A stretch of 64,000 nucleotides of DNA, from the NCBI GenBank assembly GCA_963801355.1, contig CAWDEM010000008.1, forward strand, positions 2,144,001-2,208,000. The letters are read 5' to 3'. This DNA is from Ignavibacteriota bacterium. Lineage in GTDB: Bacteria; Bacteroidota; Ignavibacteria; UBA10030; UBA6906. The notes beneath the pieces were generated by a model. The model did not search any database. It was given only the letters and a program-made list of their open reading frames with translations, and was not told the origin of the DNA. Positions 29,683-38,800 of this stretch are shown here, piece by piece; position 1 is the stretch's first letter; each line of letters opens with the position of its first letter. Both the position numbers and the translations under genes were made by a program.

Positions 29683-31158
29683 TCACACGTGTTCGTGGTA
29701 CTTCTTGAAGTGCTCCTCCTTCGCACTCGCCACCCACCCTTCACGCCGGATCCGGCCGTGAAACTGTTCCAGCTCAGCGTCTACGCGATCGATGTCTTCG
29801 TCCGTCCAGCGTGCTACGTCTCTGAAGTAATAGACCCCCAGGTTGTTCAGCAGCCTCTCCAGCACCGCACCGACACCGTAGATCTTTTTCAAGTCGTCTT
29901 TGTCTTTGGGAGGCCATGCAGGTCTCTTTGGCGCCGCCTCCAATTCCTTGATCCGGGCAAGCAACCGGGAGATTTCATCATCTTTCTCCCGCGCCATGGA
30001 GACATAACGAGAATTCCATTCGGCGAGCAGTGGTTCCAATTCACGGATGCGCACGTCGAGACGGCCGATCTGATCGTCCTTTTCGCTTGTCAGGGTCGCC
30101 AGTCGACTTTCCAGTTCCCGAATGTGCGCCTTTCCGCTCTCCAGCTCACCGGCGAGCGCCTCAAGTTCCCCGATGCGCCCCCGCTGTCGCGTGACTTCCT
30201 TCTCTAAGGGATCCAGCAAAGAAATGCGTTGTCGCAATCGTCCAAGCTCTTCATCGTTGAGCCGCGCGAGTTCGTAATACCGGTTTTCCCAATCACGTAA
30301 GGCATTGTCGCTTTCATCCACGCGAGAGATGAGTGGTTCCAGTTCACCGATGCGCCACTGGAGCTTTGAAAGGGCCTCGTCTTTTTCGCTCGCCAGAGCT
30401 TGATACCGCCCTTCCCAATCGCGCAGCTGAATATCGCGTTCACTCAGTCGTGCGCTCACCCCCTCAAGTTCGGTCAACCGGCTTTTCAGTCGCGCAATCT
30501 CCGCATCTTTCTCGGAGGTGACAGAAGCCAGACGAGCCTGGGCTTCCTTCACCTGTGCCTCCCGGCTCTGAAGTCGGTCGGTAAGAGGCTCAAGATCATG
30601 GATGCGCTGGTGTAGGCGCAACGCGTCGTTGTCCTTGCTGCGCAACGCCGCAGCGTAGTTGCCTTCAATGTCCCTGATGTGCGCATCGCGGGACTTGATC
30701 TGTTCATTGAGCGTATCCAGCTCGGCCAGCCGATCCTCCAGTTGCCTGATCTCACCGTCCTTCGCTGCAATTGCTGCATCCCGCTCTCTGAGTTGCAGAG
30801 GCAGTGGTTCAAGCTCGGCCAGCCTGGCAAGAGACGTTGTGCACTCCGTTTCTTTCCCCGCCAGCCGTATTCGCACGGTAGCAAGTTCGGCGGATACAGC
30901 GGCATGGTCCTTTGCCTTCGCATCCAGCGATGTTTGAAGAGCACCGAGGCGTGTTTTGTATGACGAGGACTCCTCTTTGGCTGCCAACCGCCCGGCTGTC
31001 AGGTCTTGCTCCTGCTCTCGAAGTTTCGCTTCCCATTGCGCGTTGAGGGCCTCGCGTTTCCCGCGGCCGAGCAATTGTGAAAGCAGCCAGCCGACGATGA
31101 ATCCGATGAGGGCAGCAAGAACCAAACACACGACAATTTCTGCTATGATCGTCACCAT
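29683..31158 (-). CDS. membrane-anchored long coiled-coil protein with C-terminal HhH-like (COG3743-type) domain
   Basis: N-terminal TM helix; ~42-aa repeats (KD.EI.RL..RI.ELEPL); C-terminal DDLKKIYGVGAVLERLLNNLG...RIRREGWV. Confidence 0.75.
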   Translation of the reverse strand: MVTIIAEIVVCLVLAALIGFIVGWLLSQLLGRGKREALNAQWEAKLREQEQDLTAGRLAAKEESSSYKTRLGALQTSLDAKAKDHAAVSAELATVRIRLAGKETECTTSLARLAELEPLPLQLRERDAAIAAKDGEIRQLEDRLAELDTLNEQIKSRDAHIRDIEGNYAAALRSKDNDALRLHQRIHDLEPLTDRLQSREAQVKEAQARLASVTSEKDAEIARLKSRLTELEGVSARLSERDIQLRDWEGRYQALASEKDEALSKLQWRIGELEPLISRVDESDNALRDWENRYYELARLNDEELGRLRQRISLLDPLEKEVTRQRGRIGELEALAGELESGKAHIRELESRLATLTSEKDDQIGRLDVRIRELEPLLAEWNSRYVSMAREKDDEISRLLARIKELEAAPKRPAWPPKDKDDLKKIYGVGAVLERLLNNLGVYYFRDVARWTDEDIDRVDAELEQFHGRIRREGWVASAKEEHFKKYHEHV

Positions 31159-31161
31159 GGC

Positions 31162-32013
31162 CTACTCTCCTTGTAAGAGATGGAATTCAATGCGACGATT
31201 TGCCAGCCTCCCCGGCTGCGTGGCGTTGCTGGCAACGGGCTTTGTCGAACCATAGCCAACGGGTTTGAGTCGCTCCGGCCGGACGCCTTTTGCCACACAG
31301 TATTCCCTGACGGATGCAGCGCGCGCCTGGCTGAGCGCACGGTTCTCCGATTCCTTCCCTCTGGAGTCTGTGTGACCGGCAATCTCAATTGTAGCATCTT
31401 CGATACTCTGGATGATCGGAATGAGACTGTCGAGAATGGCAGCGCCATCCTGAGTGATGCGAGCCGAGTTGATCTCGAACTCAATCGTTCTCCCCCTCAG
31501 TTTGTCGTCGAGCTTTCCCTGAACGAGGGCAAGTTGAGCTTCGCGCGCGACCACCACGAGCTGATCCTTCACCGTAAGAGCGTTGTCCACCGCTGCAACC
31601 GCCTTCTGAAGGATATCTGCCTTTGCCTCTGTAGATGCTACTTCTCCTCTCAGTGTCAGTGTGTCCCCGGATATCCGCATACCCGGATTGTCGACGCTGC
31701 GAGCGAGCAGAGGCATGACAGCGAGTGCCTCGTCCATCCAACCCGGCTCCCCAACTCTATCGGCGACGCGTAGCTGGTCGGTCACAAGCCCAGCACCGAA
31801 CACGATCCGGGCATTGGTGACAAATTGCTTTCTTGTCGCATCGTCGGGCATCACGCCATTCACGATGATTCTTCCCGCACCAGCAGAAAGATCTACGAAA
31901 GGGGGCGCGTCAATTCGCGCGTTCAGGATGCTCCCGGCGTGAGTCCATACACAGAGGACTGCCAGGATGATGAGCGCAAGGAGGCCCAACCCGAGGATGG
32001 CATTCTTGGTCAT
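31162..32013 (-). CDS. BON + OmpA/Pal peptidoglycan-binding protein (ArfA-like architecture)
   Basis: N-terminal TM; BON-like LTLRGEV...V.DQL; OmpA motifs GHTDSRG..N..LSQARA and NRRIEF. Confidence 0.9.
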   Translation of the reverse strand: MTKNAILGLGLLALIILAVLCVWTHAGSILNARIDAPPFVDLSAGAGRIIVNGVMPDDATRKQFVTNARIVFGAGLVTDQLRVADRVGEPGWMDEALAVMPLLARSVDNPGMRISGDTLTLRGEVASTEAKADILQKAVAAVDNALTVKDQLVVVAREAQLALVQGKLDDKLRGRTIEFEINSARITQDGAAILDSLIPIIQSIEDATIEIAGHTDSRGKESENRALSQARAASVREYCVAKGVRPERLKPVGYGSTKPVASNATQPGRLANRRIEFHLLQGE

Positions 32014-32185
32014 TCCGCGTTCTCCCTAAATGGTGATCCGATCGTCCCGATTGTTTTCAGAATCCGCTTGAGAAGACGACCACCGCAAATTGCATCGACG
32101 GAGTATCAGAATCTCTCTGCAGAGATTCGTTGTTTCAGTTTGGTTGAGAGGCTGAAGGACTTCAATGGTGTCTGTCGAAATGTGA

Positions 32186-32207
32186 ATCCCGCCTTCTCTG
32201 GCGGGAT
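32186..32207. repeat. GC hairpin just outside the island att repeat
   Basis: ATCCCGCC-ttctct-GGCGGGAT perfect 8-bp inverted repeat. Confidence 0.75.
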
Positions 32208-32212
32208 CCGGA

Positions 32213-32228
32213 GCGGAGAGCGAGGGAT
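32213..32228 (-). repeat. att-like direct repeat of the tRNA-Ser 3' end
   Basis: GCGGAGAGCGAGGGAT is identical to 53446-53461 (T-stem and acceptor of tRNA-Ser). Confidence 0.85.
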
Positions 32229-32454
32229 ACGTTTCGGACGTGCAGTGAGTTTGCTGAATTGGCCGGAAATCAGAAATCGCGAGGATTATTGAGCGCTTAC
32301 CAACACCGGCTCTCCCGACGCTTCCCTGCTGTTCCTTATTCTTCCCCGACGAGTGAACGCTTTTTGGGTACCAAGATGTCGTTGTGTGACTGTTGACAAT
32401 CCAATATACCATCGGCCGGAACGGCTGTCAAGGCTTCTTCGCACGTTTCTTTGG

Positions 32455-32823
32455 CTAGCGAACTAGTAGAAGCTTCTTCGTTTCCACGTGTGTCCATGCT
32501 CCGCTCTTGGAGTCTCGCCCGACGGCGGAGTCCAGAGGGCGGACTTGCAGCCGGTAGAAGTAGACGCCGCTCGACAGGCCGCTCCCCTCGAACTTGACAC
32601 ACCTGGTTCGTCGAGGATCTTTGCGCTGGTAACAGCATTGTCGGCAATGCTCGCGGGTGTACAGGCGGAACGTCACGTTGTAGTTCCCATCAGGCACTAC
32701 GGTGGAGCCGCTGACAAGCGTCCCTTGGTAGCTCAGGATCCTTGGCATTTGTGCAGTTGCTTTCGAGAGAATGACAATTACCAGGAAAGCCGCGGCGAGA
32801 AGAGTAGCAAGAGCGGGTTTCAT
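32455..32823 (-). pseudogene. chimeric ORF: signal peptide and N-terminal stump of a secreted protein joined to the last third of a T9SS CTD
   Basis: MKPALATLL..AQMPRILSYQGTL..PDGNYNVTFRLYT, a short junk linker, then VKFEGSGLSSGVYFYRLQVRPLDSAVGRDSKSGAWTHVETKKLLLVR; lacks NYPNPFN. Confidence 0.7.
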
Positions 32824-32927
32824 ACTCTGCCTCCACGTTGTGGTGCAAGAAGATTCACAAAAAAAAACTCTTCATCCTTCCGGACAAAGAGGTCTCTTCA
32901 CATTTCCTTCCCCACAAACTTGCGCAA

Positions 32928-32952
32928 CGTCAGGTGCAGCCGCTGGTTAGGT
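32928..32952 (-). other. truncated attC site (R'' and L'' half only)
   Basis: ACCTAAC-cagcg-GCTGCACC overlapping the stop codon; no matching L'/R' downstream. Confidence 0.7.
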
Positions 32953-33564
32953 TGCCGCCTTTGCTGCCTCCTGCGGAAATCCCTTGAACCTCCCAATGAC
33001 TACGATAATGGCATATATGGAAAATGCAATTGAGAGTGCTAGGAAGGTCCATGTAGCGAAATCGCCTACAGTGAGCGCAATGTGAAATAGATCGCCTCTA
33101 AAGCCTGTAGCAAATCCAATGGTTTCACATACTAAGTCAAAAGTAGGTCTCAAACACAGCAACATGAAGAGAAATCCAATGAGAAAAGCGTTATGAGAGA
33201 GTTTCCGTTGAAGAACGTAAACGCCAACTGCAATGCTCAAAAGATCGAAAAAGTAAGGCGAAATAGTCATGATCAACTGGCTCCATTCGTTGATGAAGCC
33301 CTCTGATTTGATCCACGCCCCACCAGTCTCTCCAGCCCAAAACCTAGGAATGAGTTTGACTTCGACAATCTCAGCACCAACAAGATATGCGCCAAGCAGA
33401 TGGCTCAATTCATGTATAGGCGCGTAGACGAAATACCACAGTATTGGAATGGTAGACATGCACGCCACCATCGTTTGTTGTTTCCAAGTTCCCCTTAGGT
33501 AGAGCACAAGAAGGGGAGCAACGACGGTGAAGAGTATTTCGAAAGTGATCAGTAGATGGTTCAT
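32947..33564 (-). CDS. gene cassette: membrane protein with HExxH (M50-like metallopeptidase)
   Basis: PIHELSHLLG within hydrophobic helices; AT-richer; stop codon lies inside the attC R'' site. Confidence 0.7.
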   Translation of the reverse strand: MNHLLITFEILFTVVAPLLVLYLRGTWKQQTMVACMSTIPILWYFVYAPIHELSHLLGAYLVGAEIVEVKLIPRFWAGETGGAWIKSEGFINEWSQLIMTISPYFFDLLSIAVGVYVLQRKLSHNAFLIGFLFMLLCLRPTFDLVCETIGFATGFRGDLFHIALTVGDFATWTFLALSIAFSIYAIIVVIGRFKGFPQEAAKAAT

Positions 33565-33577
33565 GAAAATGGCGGCA

Positions 33578-33637
33578 ACCTAACGCCCGCATTAAGCCGC
33601 GCCGCAAAGCGGCGTCGGCTTCAATGATTTGTTAGGC
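33578..33637 (-). other. integron attC site (60 bp)
   Basis: GCCTAAC-aaatc-ATTGAAGC-cgacgccgctttgcggcgcg-GCTTAAT-gcgggc-GTTAGGT: canonical R'', L'', L', R'. Confidence 0.95.
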
Positions 33638-33683
33638 ATGATTGGATTTCCCCCACTTTCTGAGTCGCCCGGTAATCCCCTCA

Positions 33684-34430
33684 TCACCGCGGCATCAGCG
33701 CGAACACACCCCAGCCCAGGTATTTACGCGTGTAAGCAGCGTAGCGCTCTGGTTCCGAGGTCAGTTTGGCTCGAACATCTTTCGCGAGCTCGTCCTCGGG
33801 ATTGGCTTCAAGCCATCGGCGCATGGTGAGCCATTTGGCCGCCTCGTATCTGTCAAAGCCGTCCTGGTCAGCCAGAACCATTTCAACGACATCGTAGCCA
33901 AGATGGTCGAAAGACGCGAGAAGTTCTGGAAGCATGAGAAAGTCGGAGATCGAGTTGGCAAGACACCCCTTGGCAACATCTTCCGTCGGCGGTAACTGCC
34001 GCCAGTAGGGCTCGCCGATGAGGATGATCCCTCCGGTGCGCAGGCTTCGCGCCAGGAGCTCGATAGTGCCGACGACTCCCCCGGCGATCCAAGTGGCACC
34101 GACACAGGCTGCCACACTGACCTTCTCGTCAGAGACATAGCCGGCAGCATCGCCATGGATGAACTTGACTTGATCGGCGACGCCGAGTTCTTCAGCACGG
34201 AGTTTCGCTTGCTCGGTGAACAACTGGCTCATGTCGATGCCGATGCCGATGACGCCGTGATCGCGTGCCCAGGTGCACAGCATCTCCCCCGAACCGCTGC
34301 CGAGGTCGAGCACTCGGGCCCCCGATTCCAGACGCAGCGCCGCGCCGAGTGTGGCGAGCTTTTCGGGTGTGATCGGGTTGTGGATGCGGTGAGCACTCTC
34401 AGTGATATTGAATATCCGTGGGATGTCCAC
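33684..34430 (-). CDS. gene cassette: class I SAM-dependent methyltransferase, YjhP-like
   Basis: MDIPRIF..HRIHNP, VLDLGSGSGEMLCTWARDHG, YEAAKWLTMRRWLEANP; flanked by attC sites. Confidence 0.9.
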   Translation of the reverse strand: MDIPRIFNITESAHRIHNPITPEKLATLGAALRLESGARVLDLGSGSGEMLCTWARDHGVIGIGIDMSQLFTEQAKLRAEELGVADQVKFIHGDAAGYVSDEKVSVAACVGATWIAGGVVGTIELLARSLRTGGIILIGEPYWRQLPPTEDVAKGCLANSISDFLMLPELLASFDHLGYDVVEMVLADQDGFDRYEAAKWLTMRRWLEANPEDELAKDVRAKLTSEPERYAAYTRKYLGWGVFALMPR

Positions 34431-34471
34431 TGTGGAAACTTTCCTTACGGGTGTGAATAGATTCGGTCACT

Positions 34472-34631
34472 GCCTAACTGCGGCTCACCCGCGGCAACGA
34501 GACCGCTTGGGTTTCACTGCCGGAAACGAACCAAACCAAAACTATTTCAAATGACGACCATCTTTAACTCTGCTTCACACCTGCCAACCACCACCGCCGG
34601 CAATTCCGTCGGGTGCAGCCGCTTGTTAGGC
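34472..34631 (-). other. integron attC site (160 bp)
   Basis: GCCTAAC-aagcg-GCTGCACC...GGTGAGC-cgca-GTTAGGC. Confidence 0.88.
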
Positions 34632-35288
34632 GTCATTGTGCCCTTGGCGCCGGAGTACAACATGGGTGGCTTTCTCCGACGCAACGAACTGAACGCATTC
34701 GTATCCTAGAGCGCGCACGTCAATCCCCTCGAACAGTCGCTCTCCCCCGCCCAGCAGGACCGGCGAGATAGCGACGTGCAGCTTATCTATGAGACCCGTA
34801 CGAAGATATTGCTGGATAGTGTTAGGTCCGCCGCCAATGCGCACATCCATTCCGTTGGCTGCGTCGCGCGCCCGGTCAAGCGCCTCGTGAATACCACCGG
34901 TGACGAAGTAGAATGTCGTCCCGCCTTCCATCTGGATGGGCGGGCGCGCGTGATGAGTCAAGATGAAAGTTGGAACGTGATAAGGTGGGTTGTCCCCCCA
35001 CCAGCCTTTCCAGTTCATGTCGGGCCAGGAACCGCGAATCGGTCCGAACATGTTTCTTCCGAGAATCCAGGCGCCAATATTCTTGAAGCCCCGCGCAGCG
35101 AAGTCGTCATCGATCCCCGTTGTGCCACCGTCGGCGCCAAATAGGGTCCGTTGGATCGTGCGTGTCGGGACTAACCACTGGTGCAAATCTGTACCGCCCA
35201 CGCCGAGCGGATTCCTGATGTCCTGATTCGGACCAGCTCCGTATCCGTCAAGCGAGATGGTAAAGCCCTCAACTCGGACGCGTGTCAT
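34626..35288 (-). CDS. gene cassette: dihydrofolate reductase-fold (RibD C-terminal) protein
   Basis: ISLDGYGAGP, ILGRNMF, GWWGDNPPYH, RIGGG, PVLLGGGERLF; stop inside attC R''. Confidence 0.9.
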   Translation of the reverse strand: MTRVRVEGFTISLDGYGAGPNQDIRNPLGVGGTDLHQWLVPTRTIQRTLFGADGGTTGIDDDFAARGFKNIGAWILGRNMFGPIRGSWPDMNWKGWWGDNPPYHVPTFILTHHARPPIQMEGGTTFYFVTGGIHEALDRARDAANGMDVRIGGGPNTIQQYLRTGLIDKLHVAISPVLLGGGERLFEGIDVRALGYECVQFVASEKATHVVLRRQGHNDA

Positions 35289-35436
35289 TGTCACTATGAT
35301 TGCACCCTGAAGATCCAAACGCATTCGTCTGCTGTTCACCCGCAGCAGTTTGTGCTCCTACTATACAAACGTTCGGCTGGCCCAGAGCCCCCTACGCTTC
35401 GGGAACAAACGGCGACGGCAGTATAGGCAGCCCACA

Positions 35437-35508
35437 TCACACACTACCCCGACTCCTGTTGTTGTTCTGAAACTCCTCCACTTCGTTCATTTCTTTCAGG
35501 ACCTTCAT
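35437..35508 (-). repeat. copy A of a three-copy 23-codon coding element
   Basis: MKVLKEMNEVEEFQNNNRSRGSV*; colinear without gaps with 44545-44616 and 45467-45538. Confidence 0.7.
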
Positions 35509-35760
35509 TTTGACCGGACCCCAGTGTTGATGCCAATGTTGAGTCTTTTCCGCTTCTCCCAGGCATAGACACCCTGACGCAGGGAGTTTGTTTCCGATGT
35601 TGATGGTCGCCAAGCTGGTAATTGAAAAGCCTCTCCCATCCTTCCGGACAGAAGAGGCTTCAGCTCTTTCCCCGGCACGTCTCTCCCCAAGGACGTTCTA
35701 TGAGGAGAAGTTAGCACGATGAATTGGCATAATCAAGGCAAATATTTGGTGAGTATCCCC

Positions 35761-35793
35761 AAAAGGGCCCGGTGATGAATGCCGAACCCTTTT
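35761..35793 (-). terminator. intrinsic terminator after a T9SS gene (shared with 45592-45620)
   Basis: Minus strand AAAAGGGTTCGG-cattcatca-CCGGGCCCTTTT. Confidence 0.75.
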
Positions 35794-35814
35794 GTTTACC
35801 TCATCCACCAGAAC

Positions 35815-38800
35815 TCATCTCACGAGCAACAACTTGCGCGTCTCCACGAACGATCCCGCTTGCAGCCTGTAGAAGTACACGCCGCTTGCGAGTCCAGATG
35901 CGTCGAACTTGATCTCGTGATACCCCGCTTCCCTTCTTTCATTCACCAGCCCGAGTACCTCACGACCGAGCATATCGAAGACGCTCAATCTCACCTCCGA
36001 GGACTTCGGCAATTCGTACTTGATGGTCGTGCTTGGGTTGAAGGGGTTGGGGTAGTTCTGTTCAAGACAAAATGAAAGGGGGAGCACTACCTCGTTGTCC
36101 GCGGCGGTTGTCGCTGAGAAATATTGAATATCGAGAGTGTCAATAGTGGAATCGGCGAGCGTATAGCTTTGCCGGGATTTCATGTTCACATTCACAGTCC
36201 TTCCTGCAGTCCGATCCTTCAACATCATTGTTCCTGGTGGGAGTCCGATCGAATCCCATTCCAATGTTATCGGATACCCGCAGGAAGCGGGGTGGAACGA
36301 GAAAGTCCACAGAATCGAGCTAAGTGTGTCGCTCCGTATGTCCGTGAGCGATGTCATTCCGGATTGAGACGGCATTATGAATCGACGGTCAAGACTGACT
36401 GTTGAGAGACGTGGCGGAAGGGGATACTCATTGAAGGTCGAGTCAAAACCATCTGTGGCACTTGGCGCCTGTCCGAAAATGAGCCATCCGTTTGAACCGG
36501 ATGGGTCTTCCAGCGTCAGCATGGCCGACCAGGTCGGTTTCGGGACGGTCGTTCGCAGGATGAAACCGTTGTCGCCGACGATCGTGCCAATCTCCCGGCC
36601 CACAAAACTGACGTCACGCAGCGACCATGTCGTCCCACTTCCCTGCCGACGCCATGTGAGTCCTGCATCGGATGTCCTCAGAATCAAGCCGTCAGTTCCC
36701 ACCGCACAGGCCCGCAGTGAGTCGAGGCACCAGACTCCCGACAAGCTGTTGCTGAAGCCCGTGGCAATCCTGGTCCATGTCGTGCCTGCGTCAGTTGTCC
36801 GCAAAATCACTCCACCGTCACCCACTGCGACTCCAGTGGTGTAATTGCCAAATGAGACACTCCTCAAAGCGGAGTAATCATCAGAGGTCCCCTGAGGGGA
36901 CCAGCTGAGGCCCGAATCGGTCGTATAGAGTATCGTCTCTCCACCGCCAACGACCCATCCACATCCATTTTCTGCAAAGGTCACATCAAAAAGTGTCGCT
37001 GCCACTCCACTGGACACGGGAGTCCAGCTTAGAGCAGCATTCGTTGTCCGGAGGATCCTTCCCGAGCTGCCTACGATGATACCCACGGTTGATGGTGCAA
37101 AATGGACGCCGTAGAAATTGGTGGACATAGGGTCAGTCGTTTGGTCCCATGTCGCGCCGGCGTCGGCTGTTCGCAAAACAATCCCCTCATCCCCCACAAC
37201 GCAGGCCTTGCTCGGGTCCAAGAAAGAGGCCGCATTGAACCCCTGGTAGGTGCTGAGAGTTCCTTGTGCCCAGACCGCGCCTCCATTCGTTGTCGTGAGA
37301 ATGATACCTGGTGACCCCGCGATGATGCCCTGTCGAGGGTTGGGAAGAGAGGTGCTCACAAGAGTCGTGGTGATATTGCTGTTTTGAATCTCCCATCCGT
37401 CGGGTGGCATAGGCGTTCTGAATTGAAAAGCCGAACCGTAGGTGGTCCCGCCCTGACTCACCGCCTTCACGCGCACATGATAGGTCGTGTCGGAGATCAA
37501 ATCGGCTAGCACGACACTCTTCACCGAGAACGTCCCAGTGAGTGCGGCTACTGAATTGGGGATGGCCGGGACGGATTTGCCGAAACTTGAGTCTGTGCCG
37601 TATTCGAAACTGACGAAGGTCTTCGCTCCTCGTGGTTCTACATACCCGAAGAACTGAATTGCATTGTAGAGATAGGAATTCACCCACACAGACGATACTA
37701 CGGGGGGAGGAGGTACGAACCTCCTCAGCGTGATGGAATAATCTCCGGTCGCTGCAAGCATCTGGCTCGACCTTCTCCCTGAATCAATGCCCCCATCCTC
37801 CAGTCGAGCTGCGGCACGAATCGGAGGTTCAGAATTCGACACTGCGTCTTTGTTGCCTCGGCCGACCGTGGCGTTTGGAAAGTTGCCAGAGGAGCCGGAG
37901 GAAGAATAACGCAAAAAGTAGAGTCCGGATGCTGGAATCATGTGAACGAGATGTTGCGAGTAAGGAGGACCGGCATCAGTGTATCCATGTGCAAGGATCC
38001 TTCCTGCGCTGTCGAAGAGAACAACCGTTGCGTAGAACTGGCCATTAGTCCTCTCGCCTGCCAGTATCTCAACGGTGTCGCCGGCCGACGCTGCAAAGAA
38101 GAAGTAGTCTACGTCATTTGGGGGACTGATCGTGCCGTACACCGTGTCGCCATAAACAATACTGTTCGCCACAGAAGCCGAGTTGTTGGGCTCAGCCTCC
38201 GTAGAGGGCCCTACTACGGCGATGGCAAACGTGGTATCGCTGAGGTCGACGAACGACGCACTGTCGACAGATGCGATACGCACTTTGCAGGTCAGTGACG
38301 GCGAGTTCGGCACAATCAACGCCTTCGATGAGCCACCGGCCGGAACAACTCCCAAAGATGACCATGTCGCACCACTATCGACTGTCAGCCAGAGTTCCAC
38401 ATCGCCGATCGCCCATGCACCCCAGCGAATAGTCTTCGTTGAGCCGACTTTCCATACCTCCTTGCCGTTGGGGGATTGAAGATGGACGTAGGGCTTCCTG
38501 AGAATCGTGCCACCGAGCCCGACAAGGACAGGGGATGGGAGGTTCTTGAGAGCCACCGTGGTCAAGTCGTTGAATGTGCCAGTCTCCTCCCGATTCCATG
38601 TCACGCCGCCGTCCGTGGTGATGTAGAGACGCCCGTGGTAACCGCCGATCCAGCCATTCATAGAGTCTGCAAATGCCAGAGTTTGCATCGGCCATTTGTC
38701 TTCCCCCGTGGGATGAGGCGTCCATGATGCGCCGCCATCGGTGGTTCGAGCAACTACGCCAAAGCTGGGCAAAGCCCATCCGTACTTTGTTCCATAGAAG

